From a virus, in the IMG/VR virus record IMGVR_UViG_3300037882_003336, positions 14,667 through 78,666 of that record: DNA of 64,000 nt. One strand, given 5' to 3'. Shown piece after piece: positions 47,504 through 56,512 of the stretch. The notes below the pieces were generated by a model. The model saw nothing but the letters and a program-made list of their open reading frames with translations, searched no databases and was not told the origin of the DNA. Made by a program: the position numbers and the translations under genes. Numbering within the stretch: position 1 is the first letter of the stretch; each line of letters opens with the position of its first letter.

Positions 47504-49164
47504 CCGGGCAAGAATTGAAGGGCGTAAGAGAGGTTCTCGGTGGTGGCGGTATCGTTACCGAGACGTTTGGTGAGGCGCAGGAGATTCTTGATGGTACGTG
47601 GCGAAATCGGGTTCTTGTCGTTCCGCTTGTCGGCGTCCTTCTCGCTCTGTGGTCTGCTCTGGAATTCTTCGAACAGGATCTCCAGAAACTGGGTGGTTTC
47701 CTTGGCGGTGACCTTGAGGTCGAACAGGCCAGCGAACTGCTTGAGAATTTGGGCAGCGGCTTCCCGGTCCGGGTTGGAGTAGGTGAGTACCGCACTGCAC
47801 CGGCTCAGCACCGCGTCGTCGATCAGCAAATCCCGGTTGGTGGTCATGAAGATCACGCCATTGAAATACTCAAGGGTGCGGAGCAACGTTCCCACGATCG
47901 CGTTTTGTTCGATGTTGGTGCCGCGCTCATACACGTAGATGTCAACCTCATCGATCAGCAGGATGGCACCCCATCGCTGGGCGCGGGCGAACACTTCCTT
48001 AAGGTTCCCCTCCAGCGCTTTCGCGGTCACTCCGAGTTGGTCGGACTGCACCCGGTACAGTGGCACCCCGGCTCGCTCTGAAAACGCCTCAGCGGTCATA
48101 GTCTTTCCAGTACCTGGAGAACCCTTCGCCATGATGATCGTGCCACCACTCTTTCCCTTCACGAAGTCAGCCTTGAGGGTGTCAGGGTTGCTAACCAACA
48201 GGTTGACGAGGTCCTTGTGGTATTGTGGAATGATGAGGCGATTGATGAGAACCTCATCGTACTGATATGGCGAAACCCAAGTGCACGGCACCCACATGTG
48301 GTCGTGAGTTTCGAGGTTGAACACATACAGGTATGGATGGATCGGGATTTCGAACACGTCCACCTCGTCACCACCACGGAGGTTCGGTAGCTTCATCTTG
48401 CGCGACGACTCCCCTTTAGACCTGAACGCCGAGATGTCGTTGATGACTTTGAAGTTGCTGACTCCCGTCAGGTACTCGCGACTGGTGCTGGTATAACGCC
48501 AGTCCTCGTTACTTGGCAACCAACTGGTGGTGAGCAAAAACTGGGTGTTAACTTGAGCCATGTAGTCCTCCCACTGTTTCAGGGTCTGATGGTACTGCTG
48601 TACGATGTCTTCCCCCACAAACCCGTACCCGTGTTGGGCGAGAAGCGAAGAAACCGTCATACCACGGCGCTGCTTTTCCTGATTGAACAAGTCGTTGTCG
48701 TGGAATGTGATTCCGGTCGAGCGTTGTTCCCCCTTGGTCCAATAAACCAAGTTAACGCGCACGGAAGCCGGAACATCCTTTTGGGATGGCGTATAGACGG
48801 CTCCCGTCGTCAGATAAGGCAGCGGGATGCCGATGTCGTTGTTGTGCTGAAAGAGCCAACGGGTGGCGCTCTGGACCATGCAGGCTTGCGTGATCGCTTC
48901 AGCGAGTGCGTCCAGACGGGTCACGGGGGCATGCGGATCATCGACCGCCTTCCGGACCAAGGAGAGCTTCTGGAGCACTCCGTTGAACACCTGACTGTTC
49001 TTGGAGGCGAATGTGTGGACCGCACGGATGAACTCTCCGTCCACATGATAAGTCTCGAAGGTTGCTTCCTTCTCCCGGCTCCAGCCGGTTTCGGTCATCG
49101 CGGGGTGGTTGATGCCAGCGGCTTTGAGAGCTTCGTATTGTTCAGAAGAAAACGAGATAGTCAT
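47500..49164 (-). CDS. AAA+ ATPase
   Basis: Walker A GSPGTGKT, Walker B ILLIDE, sensor MTTNR, Arg finger LSRC. Confidence 0.9.
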   Translation of the reverse strand: MTISFSSEQYEALKAAGINHPAMTETGWSREKEATFETYHVDGEFIRAVHTFASKNSQVFNGVLQKLSLVRKAVDDPHAPVTRLDALAEAITQACMVQSATRWLFQHNNDIGIPLPYLTTGAVYTPSQKDVPASVRVNLVYWTKGEQRSTGITFHDNDLFNQEKQRRGMTVSSLLAQHGYGFVGEDIVQQYHQTLKQWEDYMAQVNTQFLLTTSWLPSNEDWRYTSTSREYLTGVSNFKVINDISAFRSKGESSRKMKLPNLRGGDEVDVFEIPIHPYLYVFNLETHDHMWVPCTWVSPYQYDEVLINRLIIPQYHKDLVNLLVSNPDTLKADFVKGKSGGTIIMAKGSPGTGKTMTAEAFSERAGVPLYRVQSDQLGVTAKALEGNLKEVFARAQRWGAILLIDEVDIYVYERGTNIEQNAIVGTLLRTLEYFNGVIFMTTNRDLLIDDAVLSRCSAVLTYSNPDREAAAQILKQFAGLFDLKVTAKETTQFLEILFEEFQSRPQSEKDADKRNDKNPISPRTIKNLLRLTKRLGNDTATTENLSYALQFLPG

Positions 49165-50456
49165 GATGGAAGTTGATAGCCGCCAGTCTTTTTGGACAGG
49201 TCGAAGTTGGATTCAATGAAGTCGATCACGATGGCGGGATCGACGTGTTTGAAGAACACGATGTTCGGACCATGCTTGTCCAGCATGACCGCCTTGATTT
49301 TGCCGTCTGCGAATGAGGCAAGCCCACGGCTGGTGTTCCTACCGCACTCGTGGCTCCCGCATTCCACTTCCCGCTGGCTCACCACCGGGATGGCGTCGGG
49401 GTGGTTCTCGCGGAGTGGCACGTGGGCGTGGAAGATGCAGTCGAACCCTTCATGCTCCGCAAACACGATGCGCTGGCTCTGGCCACCCACGCTTGGCTTG
49501 GCACCATAGGCAACCACGGTGTCTGGTCCGTCGGTCTTGATGCGCACCAGCCCATTGCCGGGTTCACCAAGGTTGTTGAAGTCCGATTTGCGCACAGAAG
49601 TCAGGAAGGTAGTCTCATCGATCCGATGGGCGAAGTGACCCACGGTACTACCACGGAAGGTCTTGTAGGCTTTTCCGACTACACAATGGTCGACGACGGC
49701 ACGAAGCGCTTCCGGAACCTCATCGGAAGCCCAAGGAACCAGTTCCCCGCCCACAACAGTCGAATGAGTGAAGGTGAGGTTGCTGCGCAGGATCGCCATT
49801 TCCACCATACCGCGAAGCGTCGCCTCACGGTCGGCACCCTCATGGTAGGCGGCTTCCTCAGGAGTCACGATCATGTTCCAACGCGTGATCACGTCGTTGA
49901 CGAGCACGAGATTGGCGGATGCGCGCTTGCAGAGGTCCAGTCCCGCCAAGTACATCTGCTCGTGGGTGGCGTTTGCAGTGGCCTTGGTGGCGACCAAAAA
50001 CAGGTCCTTGCGACCACCATTACCGGCACGGAACGTTTCAACGATCTTGATGGACTCCGGTACCAGAGTAGCCCTGACAGATTCAATGCTACTCAAACGA
50101 GCGTCTGAGCGGTGATCCGGGGTTTCAATCCGATGATCCACGATTGCCGGGTTCCAGAACACGATCTTGCTGAGCGGGTCCGTCACGATGTCTCGGGCGA
50201 GGTTGTGCAAATCAAAGTTGGTCTCAAGGCGAGCCCAACCGTGGAACCGACCGACACGCCGGTCCCCGCACTGAGGCCCTCCACCCGCCATCTTGGTAAG
50301 GTGAAGGTGTACATCGCGGGTTCCTTTGTCGAATCGCTCGCTAAGGATGTCGGCGACCTTCCGCGCTGTACCCCCGTATGCCGGGGCGCAGGTGGCGAGG
50401 TGAACGTGGGAGTGGGCGACGGTGCCACCGCCGACGATGTGGAAGATTCGGTTCAT
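49161..50456 (-). CDS. CoaB (PPC synthetase)-like domain fused to a class II aldolase/adducin-like domain
   Basis: GGGT...AYGGT...PAIVD...LVATK...LVLVND (CoaB-like); GHFA..FLTS..KPS..HAH..CGS..HG (aldolase II-like). Confidence 0.65.
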   Translation of the reverse strand: MNRIFHIVGGGTVAHSHVHLATCAPAYGGTARKVADILSERFDKGTRDVHLHLTKMAGGGPQCGDRRVGRFHGWARLETNFDLHNLARDIVTDPLSKIVFWNPAIVDHRIETPDHRSDARLSSIESVRATLVPESIKIVETFRAGNGGRKDLFLVATKATANATHEQMYLAGLDLCKRASANLVLVNDVITRWNMIVTPEEAAYHEGADREATLRGMVEMAILRSNLTFTHSTVVGGELVPWASDEVPEALRAVVDHCVVGKAYKTFRGSTVGHFAHRIDETTFLTSVRKSDFNNLGEPGNGLVRIKTDGPDTVVAYGAKPSVGGQSQRIVFAEHEGFDCIFHAHVPLRENHPDAIPVVSQREVECGSHECGRNTSRGLASFADGKIKAVMLDKHGPNIVFFKHVDPAIVIDFIESNFDLSKKTGGYQLPS

Positions 50457-50656
50457 GATACGGTGGTGGTGACATCACAGACGATGGTCCAGTCTGTGTT
50501 GGGATCGGCGATTCGGGCGAGTTCCAGAAGCTGGATTACCTCCACAAGTTCGGTCTTGGTATCACCGTGCTGGGCGTGTCCCATGCCGCCCTCTTCATTC
50601 CAGAAGGCTTCGACGGTGAAACTAACGGTGTGGGTGGTGGTCTTTTTGATGGTCAT
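50453..50656 (-). CDS. Small hypothetical protein
   Basis: 67 aa, coupled in the operon. Confidence 0.5.
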   Translation of the reverse strand: MTIKKTTTHTVSFTVEAFWNEEGGMGHAQHGDTKTELVEVIQLLELARIADPNTDWTIVCDVTTTVS

Positions 50657-50683
50657 CGGGTGGGTGTGGTGGGCTGCTGAGGA

Positions 50684-51517
50684 CTAGGCGAGGGCTCCGG
50701 CTACTGGTTGCTTGGGCTTGCGCTGGCTTTCGCTGGCCAACGGCTGATTCACTTTGATCTGTTCGCCAGCTTGCTGCCCCTTCTCACGAGCAAATCCGGA
50801 CTCATGGTTGCCGTATGACCACTTGGACTTCCGGAGGACTGGGTGTCCTTCCTCCATGAACTTGCGGCGGAGGTCCTTCTCCGTCACCACCATCAGCTGG
50901 TAAGAGTCGGACACCTTCGCGACATCCTTGGCAGCGGCAGCAGCGGCTTCCAAGAGCAGCTGGCGCTCATCTTGCTCCTTGGCGGCGGCGAGTGCCTTGC
51001 AGACTCCTTCATAAACCCCGATGTAGAAGCTGTTGCGCTGGCTCATTGGAGCGTTGTAGTCCCGCTTGTACTTGACCCACTGCACCCCGAATGCCCGGTG
51101 GAGGTACTCGTAGGCGTACTTGGCGAATGCCACGTCGCTGCTCCGTCCGATGAAACTGAGGTTGGAAGAGTTCCGGCCCGAGCCTTGCAGGATTTCCACG
51201 CTGAAGAACTGCAGCAAGATGCTGATGAGGTACTTGGAGGCTGGTGGGCGGCGGTAGCCCTTGCCGGTCCGGATGGACTCTTCCACCATCTCTTCCTGTG
51301 ACCGAGCATCAAGGCCGGAGTCCTCGACGCTCACCGTGCTCAGGTCGATGCGGTGCTTGATGGCCAGCTTTTGCGCCATCGCCATGGCGGTTTCCACTTC
51401 CGCTGGAGTGGCGGCGGAGTCCTTGGCCTTGCTCAGGCAACCGATCAGTTTGCGAGCGACATCGTCGCTGGCTTCGTCGAAGTGGCGGAGTGCTTCAGTG
51501 GTGGATTGATCGCTCAT
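50684..51517 (-). CDS. DUF2786-family protein
   Basis: CLSKA...ATPAE..TAMAMAQKL..KHRID N-terminus; FIG...DV; NSFYIG. Confidence 0.75.
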   Translation of the reverse strand: MSDQSTTEALRHFDEASDDVARKLIGCLSKAKDSAATPAEVETAMAMAQKLAIKHRIDLSTVSVEDSGLDARSQEEMVEESIRTGKGYRRPPASKYLISILLQFFSVEILQGSGRNSSNLSFIGRSSDVAFAKYAYEYLHRAFGVQWVKYKRDYNAPMSQRNSFYIGVYEGVCKALAAAKEQDERQLLLEAAAAAAKDVAKVSDSYQLMVVTEKDLRRKFMEEGHPVLRKSKWSYGNHESGFAREKGQQAGEQIKVNQPLASESQRKPKQPVAGALA

Positions 51518-51523
51518 GGTGAC

Positions 51524-51552
51524 ATTATAACACAGCTAAAGACGCTTGTCAA
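51524..51552 (-). promoter_or_regulatory. Sigma70-type promoter P5 (leaderless)
   Basis: TTGACA-17-TATAAT, extended TG, ATG 6 nt downstream. Confidence 0.9.
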
Positions 51553-51857
51553 GTGGATAGGTTCGGGAGGGTCCTGGAGATTATCGGGAATTCAGTCTTG
51601 CCAAGACAGACGACGTTGATGTACTGCTGGCACCATGGCATCTGGTTTTGACCGAGATTCAGTGCTCCGCAGAAGTAAGCACGGTAGGCAGCACCAAGGC
51701 GTTCGGTCCACCTGACCACGTCTAGATCGTGCCTCATGTAACGACGGAGGCGACCTCCAGACCTTCGTTCGACCAGTCTCGCACGGCGTGCGATGCACGC
51801 GTCCCTCTTGAGCAGGCAACGCTTGATTTGGTTCAGGTGGGATTGATTTACTATCAC
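51549..51857 (-). CDS. Basic hypothetical protein
   Basis: 102 aa ORF filling a gap; no recognisable motif. Confidence 0.35.
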   Translation of the reverse strand: MIVNQSHLNQIKRCLLKRDACIARRARLVERRSGGRLRRYMRHDLDVVRWTERLGAAYRAYFCGALNLGQNQMPWCQQYINVVCLGKTEFPIISRTLPNLST

Positions 51858-51891
51858 CCGTTCAAAGAACTCTCCCTAACTTGACAGTGCT

Positions 51892-52272
51892 TCACTGACA
51901 AGAACCGCACGTCCATGGGGCTTTTTGCCCAAACACCGCCGAAGCTGCCCCACATACCACACAGTACGCCGGGGCGACACTAGACCGGAATCCCGGCTCC
52001 GGTTCGTTCGATCCGGAAATGTTGGCATCGGTGCGCACCGTCCACTTGTCCCAGTGTGGGTACAGGGTGTCTTGGTGGTGATCAGTGTCGAACACTACTG
52101 CCACCGAAATCTGATCGGAATTTGGCTCCACCATCATGCCGATCACATCGAACACGAATTCGTCTTCCAACACGATCTTGGCACCGATCATGATGGGGAC
52201 GCGAAAGCGCTCAATGCGATCCACGATGATTTCGTCGGGGGTGATGGATTCCAGTTTGGCGAGGTAGTTCAT
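51892..52272 (-). CDS. Hypothetical protein with C-terminal CxxC...CxxC
   Basis: YCVVCG...WTCGSC. Confidence 0.55.
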   Translation of the reverse strand: MNYLAKLESITPDEIIVDRIERFRVPIMIGAKIVLEDEFVFDVIGMMVEPNSDQISVAVVFDTDHHQDTLYPHWDKWTVRTDANISGSNEPEPGFRSSVAPAYCVVCGAASAVFGQKAPWTCGSCQ

Positions 52273-52330
52273 ACCCAAATACAGAAAGAGCGGGTCAGCA
52301 TTTGTGACCCGCTCTCAGTTTCGGACCTTA

Positions 52331-52900
52331 CTAGATGCCAGGAAGGTCGTCCCCGAACGTGTCATTCAGAGAGTCAATCAGGCCATCCGTACCACCCGTG
52401 TCCTCAATGTTCCATGCATCTGGAAACACTCCACCAAGATTCCCATCCGGGCCGAACAGGAACTTGATGGCTTTGACCCGGATCGTAAACGCATAGTAAG
52501 CGTCGTTGATGGGGTGAGCTGGAGCCGGTGGAATGTACTGTTTAGCCGTTACGGAATAACTGTTCAAGATGACGGTACTCACCGTGGTGTTGGCCAGAGA
52601 ATTCCTAACGGTCTTGCAGCCTTCATCTTTCCACAACTTGGCGCTCGCAACTCCACTCTCGTACAAGTTTGTCATGTACAGTTTTGCAGAATTTCCTGCG
52701 GCGGTCGCAGCCGCCAAGGTGCCAAAAGTACCCGATTTTGGGAGGTCCCATTCGTTGGAGAGATACCACTCTTGGGCACGAATGCTGGCCGAGTTTCCAG
52801 GTGCGGTCGCCATGACACGCCCGGAGCTTGCCAGTGCAGCAATCCCAGCGAGACCGGCGAATTTGCCGAGTGCTCCCCGGCGAGTTGTGTTTTCGTTCAT
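52331..52900 (-). CDS. Tat-signal protein 2
   Basis: TRRGALG plus hydrophobic segment; WYLSNEW; AIKFLFGPDG; LIDSL.D.FGD tail. Confidence 0.78.
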   Translation of the reverse strand: MNENTTRRGALGKFAGLAGIAALASSGRVMATAPGNSASIRAQEWYLSNEWDLPKSGTFGTLAAATAAGNSAKLYMTNLYESGVASAKLWKDEGCKTVRNSLANTTVSTVILNSYSVTAKQYIPPAPAHPINDAYYAFTIRVKAIKFLFGPDGNLGGVFPDAWNIEDTGGTDGLIDSLNDTFGDDLPGI

Positions 52901-52936
52901 AGTATTGTTATTGTTATTGTTGTAGCCGATTCCAGT

Positions 52937-53554
52937 TTACTGAGGCGGGACATCCCCGAAGAGATCCGTGAGCGAGTCAATTAAGGTGGGGTCACCATCA
53001 TTGGACTCGACGTTCCAAGCGGGCGGGAAACCACCGTTAGGACCCGTACCATCCGGCAGCACCGCAAACTTGATTGCGACGACACGTGCGCCACCCTTGT
53101 GACCCATGCCGTCGACGAAAGCTGTGGAGGCGACATTTTGAGTGACGATGCCAGGGAAGGCATTGATGATTCGACCGGAATAAGTGTCCGAAATGTTTGA
53201 CTTCTTGACTTCCGTGAACTCCGGGCCGGAGTCAAGCCACAAGCCTGGGGTAACTGCTGCCTTTTGATCGTACCACGCCTGCAACGCGGCCTGTTTGGCG
53301 GCAGCAGCCTGTTGAGCGTCGCTAAGGAGATCATAGATCGATCCGGTCCAAACTGTCCACGTGTTTTTCCAGTACCAAACTTTTGGCGCGTTGCTTCCAG
53401 ATGGTGCTGGTCCAGCAGCGAGCAAGTTTGATGCGATACCAGTAACCCCAAAGGCGGCGACTACACCCGCCATCGAGAGTCCGCTACTAAGGAGACCGCG
53501 CCGGGAAATGCCGGGTGTGACAATAACGCCGGGTTCGTTGATAGGATTATTCAT
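52937..53554 (-). CDS. Tat-signal protein 3
   Basis: SRRGLLS plus hydrophobic segment; WYWKNTW; AIKFAVLPDG; LIDSL.D.FGD tail; start MNNPINE at 53554. Confidence 0.8.
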   Translation of the reverse strand: MNNPINEPGVIVTPGISRRGLLSSGLSMAGVVAAFGVTGIASNLLAAGPAPSGSNAPKVWYWKNTWTVWTGSIYDLLSDAQQAAAAKQAALQAWYDQKAAVTPGLWLDSGPEFTEVKKSNISDTYSGRIINAFPGIVTQNVASTAFVDGMGHKGGARVVAIKFAVLPDGTGPNGGFPPAWNVESNDGDPTLIDSLTDLFGDVPPQ

Positions 53555-53692
53555 ATTTGGATTTGTTTCGTTTCTTTTAACCCTTCGCCGAATTGGGCTT
53601 GGGATCGGAAAAACTAGAACGTTGGGTTTGGTGGTAGGCGTTAAACGCCAATTCTGGTTAATGCAGCCGTTATGGTCTTTCTCATTTCCAGT

Positions 53693-54535
53693 ATGACACA
53701 ACCGAGAATTCGAAACCCGTTCATCCCATATCAAAGGAACCTTGCTTACACGGTTGCCTTTGACCCTCCGGGATCAACGTTCCACCGCACGATGGCCAAA
53801 ATTTTGGCCTCGTCTTTGTTAAAAACTAAGTTCTCTGGAGATATTATGGTGTTTCGAAATACACCCCAGCCGCTCTTTCAAGTTCCACGGGTCGGGCTTA
53901 TCGAAGTCTATGTGAAAGACGACGGACATTCGGTTTCCAACTATCACGAAACCGCATGGTGTCAAAAGTACCTGATGAGCGAATTCATTGATGCCAGCGC
54001 TTATGACAGGATAATGTTTATAGACGCAGACTGTGTGGCACTCCGCAATATTGATCACCTACTGGAGGGGGAGTGGGATCTCGCTTATCAGACTGAACCG
54101 GGAACCGTCATTACCACCGATCAGTTTTCGATGTTCCTGACTGATGAGGAAATGGAAACCCAAACCCGTCCTGGGATCAACAGTGGGCACTTGGCAGTGC
54201 GAGGCAGCGTTTACTATGAAGTAATGAACAAGTGGCGGGAAATCGACTCTGGGCCAGCGTTGCAAAGGAAGGGTTGTATGGATCAAGCCTCGTGGAATCG
54301 CATCATACTGGACTCTGATTCTGGGAAACTTCCGTGGAAGGCTCGGCATTTCGAACGAAGTGAGATCATGTTTCCGATATACTTGGACCCCCAGTGGTGG
54401 CGATATAGTAAGTGCGCCCTTATTCATGCGATTGGTCAAAACCCGTCATCCAAGATTCGTTTCATGACCAGCGCTTTCCTTGGTGCCTTCTACGCAGACG
54501 ATACAGCCACTCTGATCAACCTCCTAGAAATTTGA
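53693..54535 (+). CDS. GT-A fold glycosyltransferase (GT8-like, DxD), cassette 2
   Basis: YDRIMFIDADC, INSG, DQASWN. Confidence 0.8.
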   Translation: MTQPRIRNPFIPYQRNLAYTVAFDPPGSTFHRTMAKILASSLLKTKFSGDIMVFRNTPQPLFQVPRVGLIEVYVKDDGHSVSNYHETAWCQKYLMSEFIDASAYDRIMFIDADCVALRNIDHLLEGEWDLAYQTEPGTVITTDQFSMFLTDEEMETQTRPGINSGHLAVRGSVYYEVMNKWREIDSGPALQRKGCMDQASWNRIILDSDSGKLPWKARHFERSEIMFPIYLDPQWWRYSKCALIHAIGQNPSSKIRFMTSAFLGAFYADDTATLINLLEI

Positions 54536-54539
54536 CCAT

Positions 54540-55319
54540 ATGCACACCATCACAATCAACGATCTAGCTTCATCCAAGTTTTGCACCAATATCAGCGCCA
54601 ATCGAGATGACCGGCTCTTAATGGCAGATCGGTTATTAGAGGTCGGGTTGAGAGACGTGGACCGGGTTACCATTCTAAACGAAGAATTGGGTTCGCGGAA
54701 ACACAATTACCCAACCCCGTTTGCTTATCTGCAGGCTCTTGGGCACCGGACTGCAATCCGAATGGCTCAGCAAGATGGATCGCAGTCCGCGATGATCCTA
54801 AGTGACCGAGTAGTCTTCAACCCCTTGGTGAACGCCTTCTTGAACGAAGAGGTGGGAAGTACGCTCGAACTTCCAGACGATTGGGGTGTACTATACCTTG
54901 GGTGCGTCCACGCTAAGCCCCCAGTGGTCGTGAATTCGTGGGTACTCCGGGTTACCAAAGGATACGGATCGTTTGCATATGTGATTCGGGACACCGCCTA
55001 CAGGGCTTTCATGAAGATTGCTAACTCCCCAGACCCGACCATATTTCCAATTCACGGGGATAAGAAGATGCAGCTATCTGCTGCCACTTCAAGACGCGGC
55101 GTTGACCATGTGATGGCGGAACTTCAAAAGGTGGTCCCGACTTATGCGCTTTGGCCAAACATGGCTTGGGTCGCACCAAGTGATAACGATCAAGGACCAT
55201 TCGACGAATTCGGTAGGCAACGGGGATTTTCGTCTGCTGTTAACACTTTGTGTCGAGAGTGGAACCCATGGTGGGGTAAGTTAGAAGACGAGTCCGAAGT
55301 CTTCCAGCCAACCTCTTAG
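54540..55319 (+). CDS. GT25-like glycosyltransferase (degenerate EDD), cassette 2
   Basis: GH..AI..A...AMILSDRVVF...LPDDWGVLYLG...AYVI...DH pattern. Confidence 0.65.
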   Translation: MHTITINDLASSKFCTNISANRDDRLLMADRLLEVGLRDVDRVTILNEELGSRKHNYPTPFAYLQALGHRTAIRMAQQDGSQSAMILSDRVVFNPLVNAFLNEEVGSTLELPDDWGVLYLGCVHAKPPVVVNSWVLRVTKGYGSFAYVIRDTAYRAFMKIANSPDPTIFPIHGDKKMQLSAATSRRGVDHVMAELQKVVPTYALWPNMAWVAPSDNDQGPFDEFGRQRGFSSAVNTLCREWNPWWGKLEDESEVFQPTS

Positions 55320-55332
55320 CTAGAGTAAAACA

Positions 55333-55356
55333 AGTCCCCAACGTAAATTGGGGGCT
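55333..55356. terminator. Hairpin between convergent genes, possible terminator
   Basis: AGTCCCCAA-cgtaaa-TTGGGGGCT stem; only a weak U-tract. Confidence 0.35.
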
Positions 55357-55407
55357 CATTGGGCTTGACGTTCTGAACTGCCACTCACCATAGTGGCTCT
55401 GACCACC

Positions 55408-56250
55408 CTATTCCGGTTTGTCTGGTGCTTCCAGCCCCTGGAACAAGTGATGATACCGGTTGACAATGAGTGGAGTGTTTGGACTCATAATATAGTCAAT
55501 GGGCTCAATGGGAGCTTGGTTTTTTATTTGGTCCTTTTTGATTTGATAAGCTTCTAGCATCGCGACCCGCTTATCCGGATCAGGCTCTTGCAACGCGGCC
55601 TTCCGAATAGCCCTGGATGGGTCCACGTGCTGAATGTGAACTTCAGTATCAGGATTTCCATTTTCGTCTCTCATAGACCCATCCTGGACGAAGAATATAG
55701 TATCGAAGAACCCGAAATTCCCAATGTTGGTAGCACTGGTTTCTATGCCAACCATCATAAGGCCACTTCGTTCGTCCCCCAGGATATTCTTGAAAGAATC
55801 CCGCATCTTTTCGAATTCTTCCTTCCCCCCTGTATCCCAAAATGACTTCACAACGATCGAATCACCATCCTTATTGCTAATCAGCTTACGATTTTGGACT
55901 TCCATGGGTTTGAGGACTTCGATTGTCTTTTTGATGCTGGCCTCAACTGCCTCCTTCTCAGCTGGACTCATCTTCAGGAAGTTAGCAACACTCTCGGTGA
56001 TGTTTCCAGACTCGTCGTACGCCATCATCATGATGCGCTTCATGGCGTCATGATCGATCTTGACAGCGGTCAGTTTGTCATCTTTGACAAGCTGCTTGTT
56101 CGTGACCTTCGGCGGAGCCAGAGCGGGGGCTCGAACTGTCTTATAAATGTACTCTGGTGGTGGCGGTTTGACCGGAGTTGCAACGTCGATGACGACGTAA
56201 ACAACGAGTGACAAAATGCTGACAGAGGCTAAAATGCGGTCTCGATTCAT
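55408..56250 (-). CDS. N-terminally membrane-anchored helical protein, cassette 2
   Basis: MNRDRILASVSILSLVVYVVI TM; paralog of 45234..46043. Confidence 0.75.
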   Translation of the reverse strand: MNRDRILASVSILSLVVYVVIDVATPVKPPPPEYIYKTVRAPALAPPKVTNKQLVKDDKLTAVKIDHDAMKRIMMMAYDESGNITESVANFLKMSPAEKEAVEASIKKTIEVLKPMEVQNRKLISNKDGDSIVVKSFWDTGGKEEFEKMRDSFKNILGDERSGLMMVGIETSATNIGNFGFFDTIFFVQDGSMRDENGNPDTEVHIQHVDPSRAIRKAALQEPDPDKRVAMLEAYQIKKDQIKNQAPIEPIDYIMSPNTPLIVNRYHHLFQGLEAPDKPE

Positions 56251-56260
56251 AGTGGTAAGG

Positions 56261-56512
56261 TTATTTTCGGTTGAGAGCGATGACCCCTTCGATGTAACCA
56301 ACAGCTTCTGCAACTGTCTTTAGGTCTTCTGCTTCCTCATCCGGGATCGAAATAGTAAACTCCACCTCCACTGCCACCATGAGTTCCAAGCAGTCGATAG
56401 AGTCAAAGCCCATCTTAGCGAACGTGGCTTCAGGTTTGATCACGCCCTTGCCCTGATCTATTACGGAGTTAATACACACCGCGAGCCTTTCGATAGTTGG
56501 TTTAGTTGCCAT
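56261..56512 (-). CDS. acpP: Acyl carrier protein
   Basis: MGFDSIDCLELMVAVEVEFTISIPDEEAEDLKTV, canonical ACP with phosphopantetheine Ser. Confidence 0.92.
   Translation of the reverse strand: MATKPTIERLAVCINSVIDQGKGVIKPEATFAKMGFDSIDCLELMVAVEVEFTISIPDEEAEDLKTVAEAVGYIEGVIALNRK

Noticed and set aside
43888-54535. Glycosyltransferases as DNA-modifying enzymes
   Set aside because: Not excluded, but both copies sit with exported or membrane proteins rather than nucleotide-modification genes, so an envelope or protein substrate is favoured.
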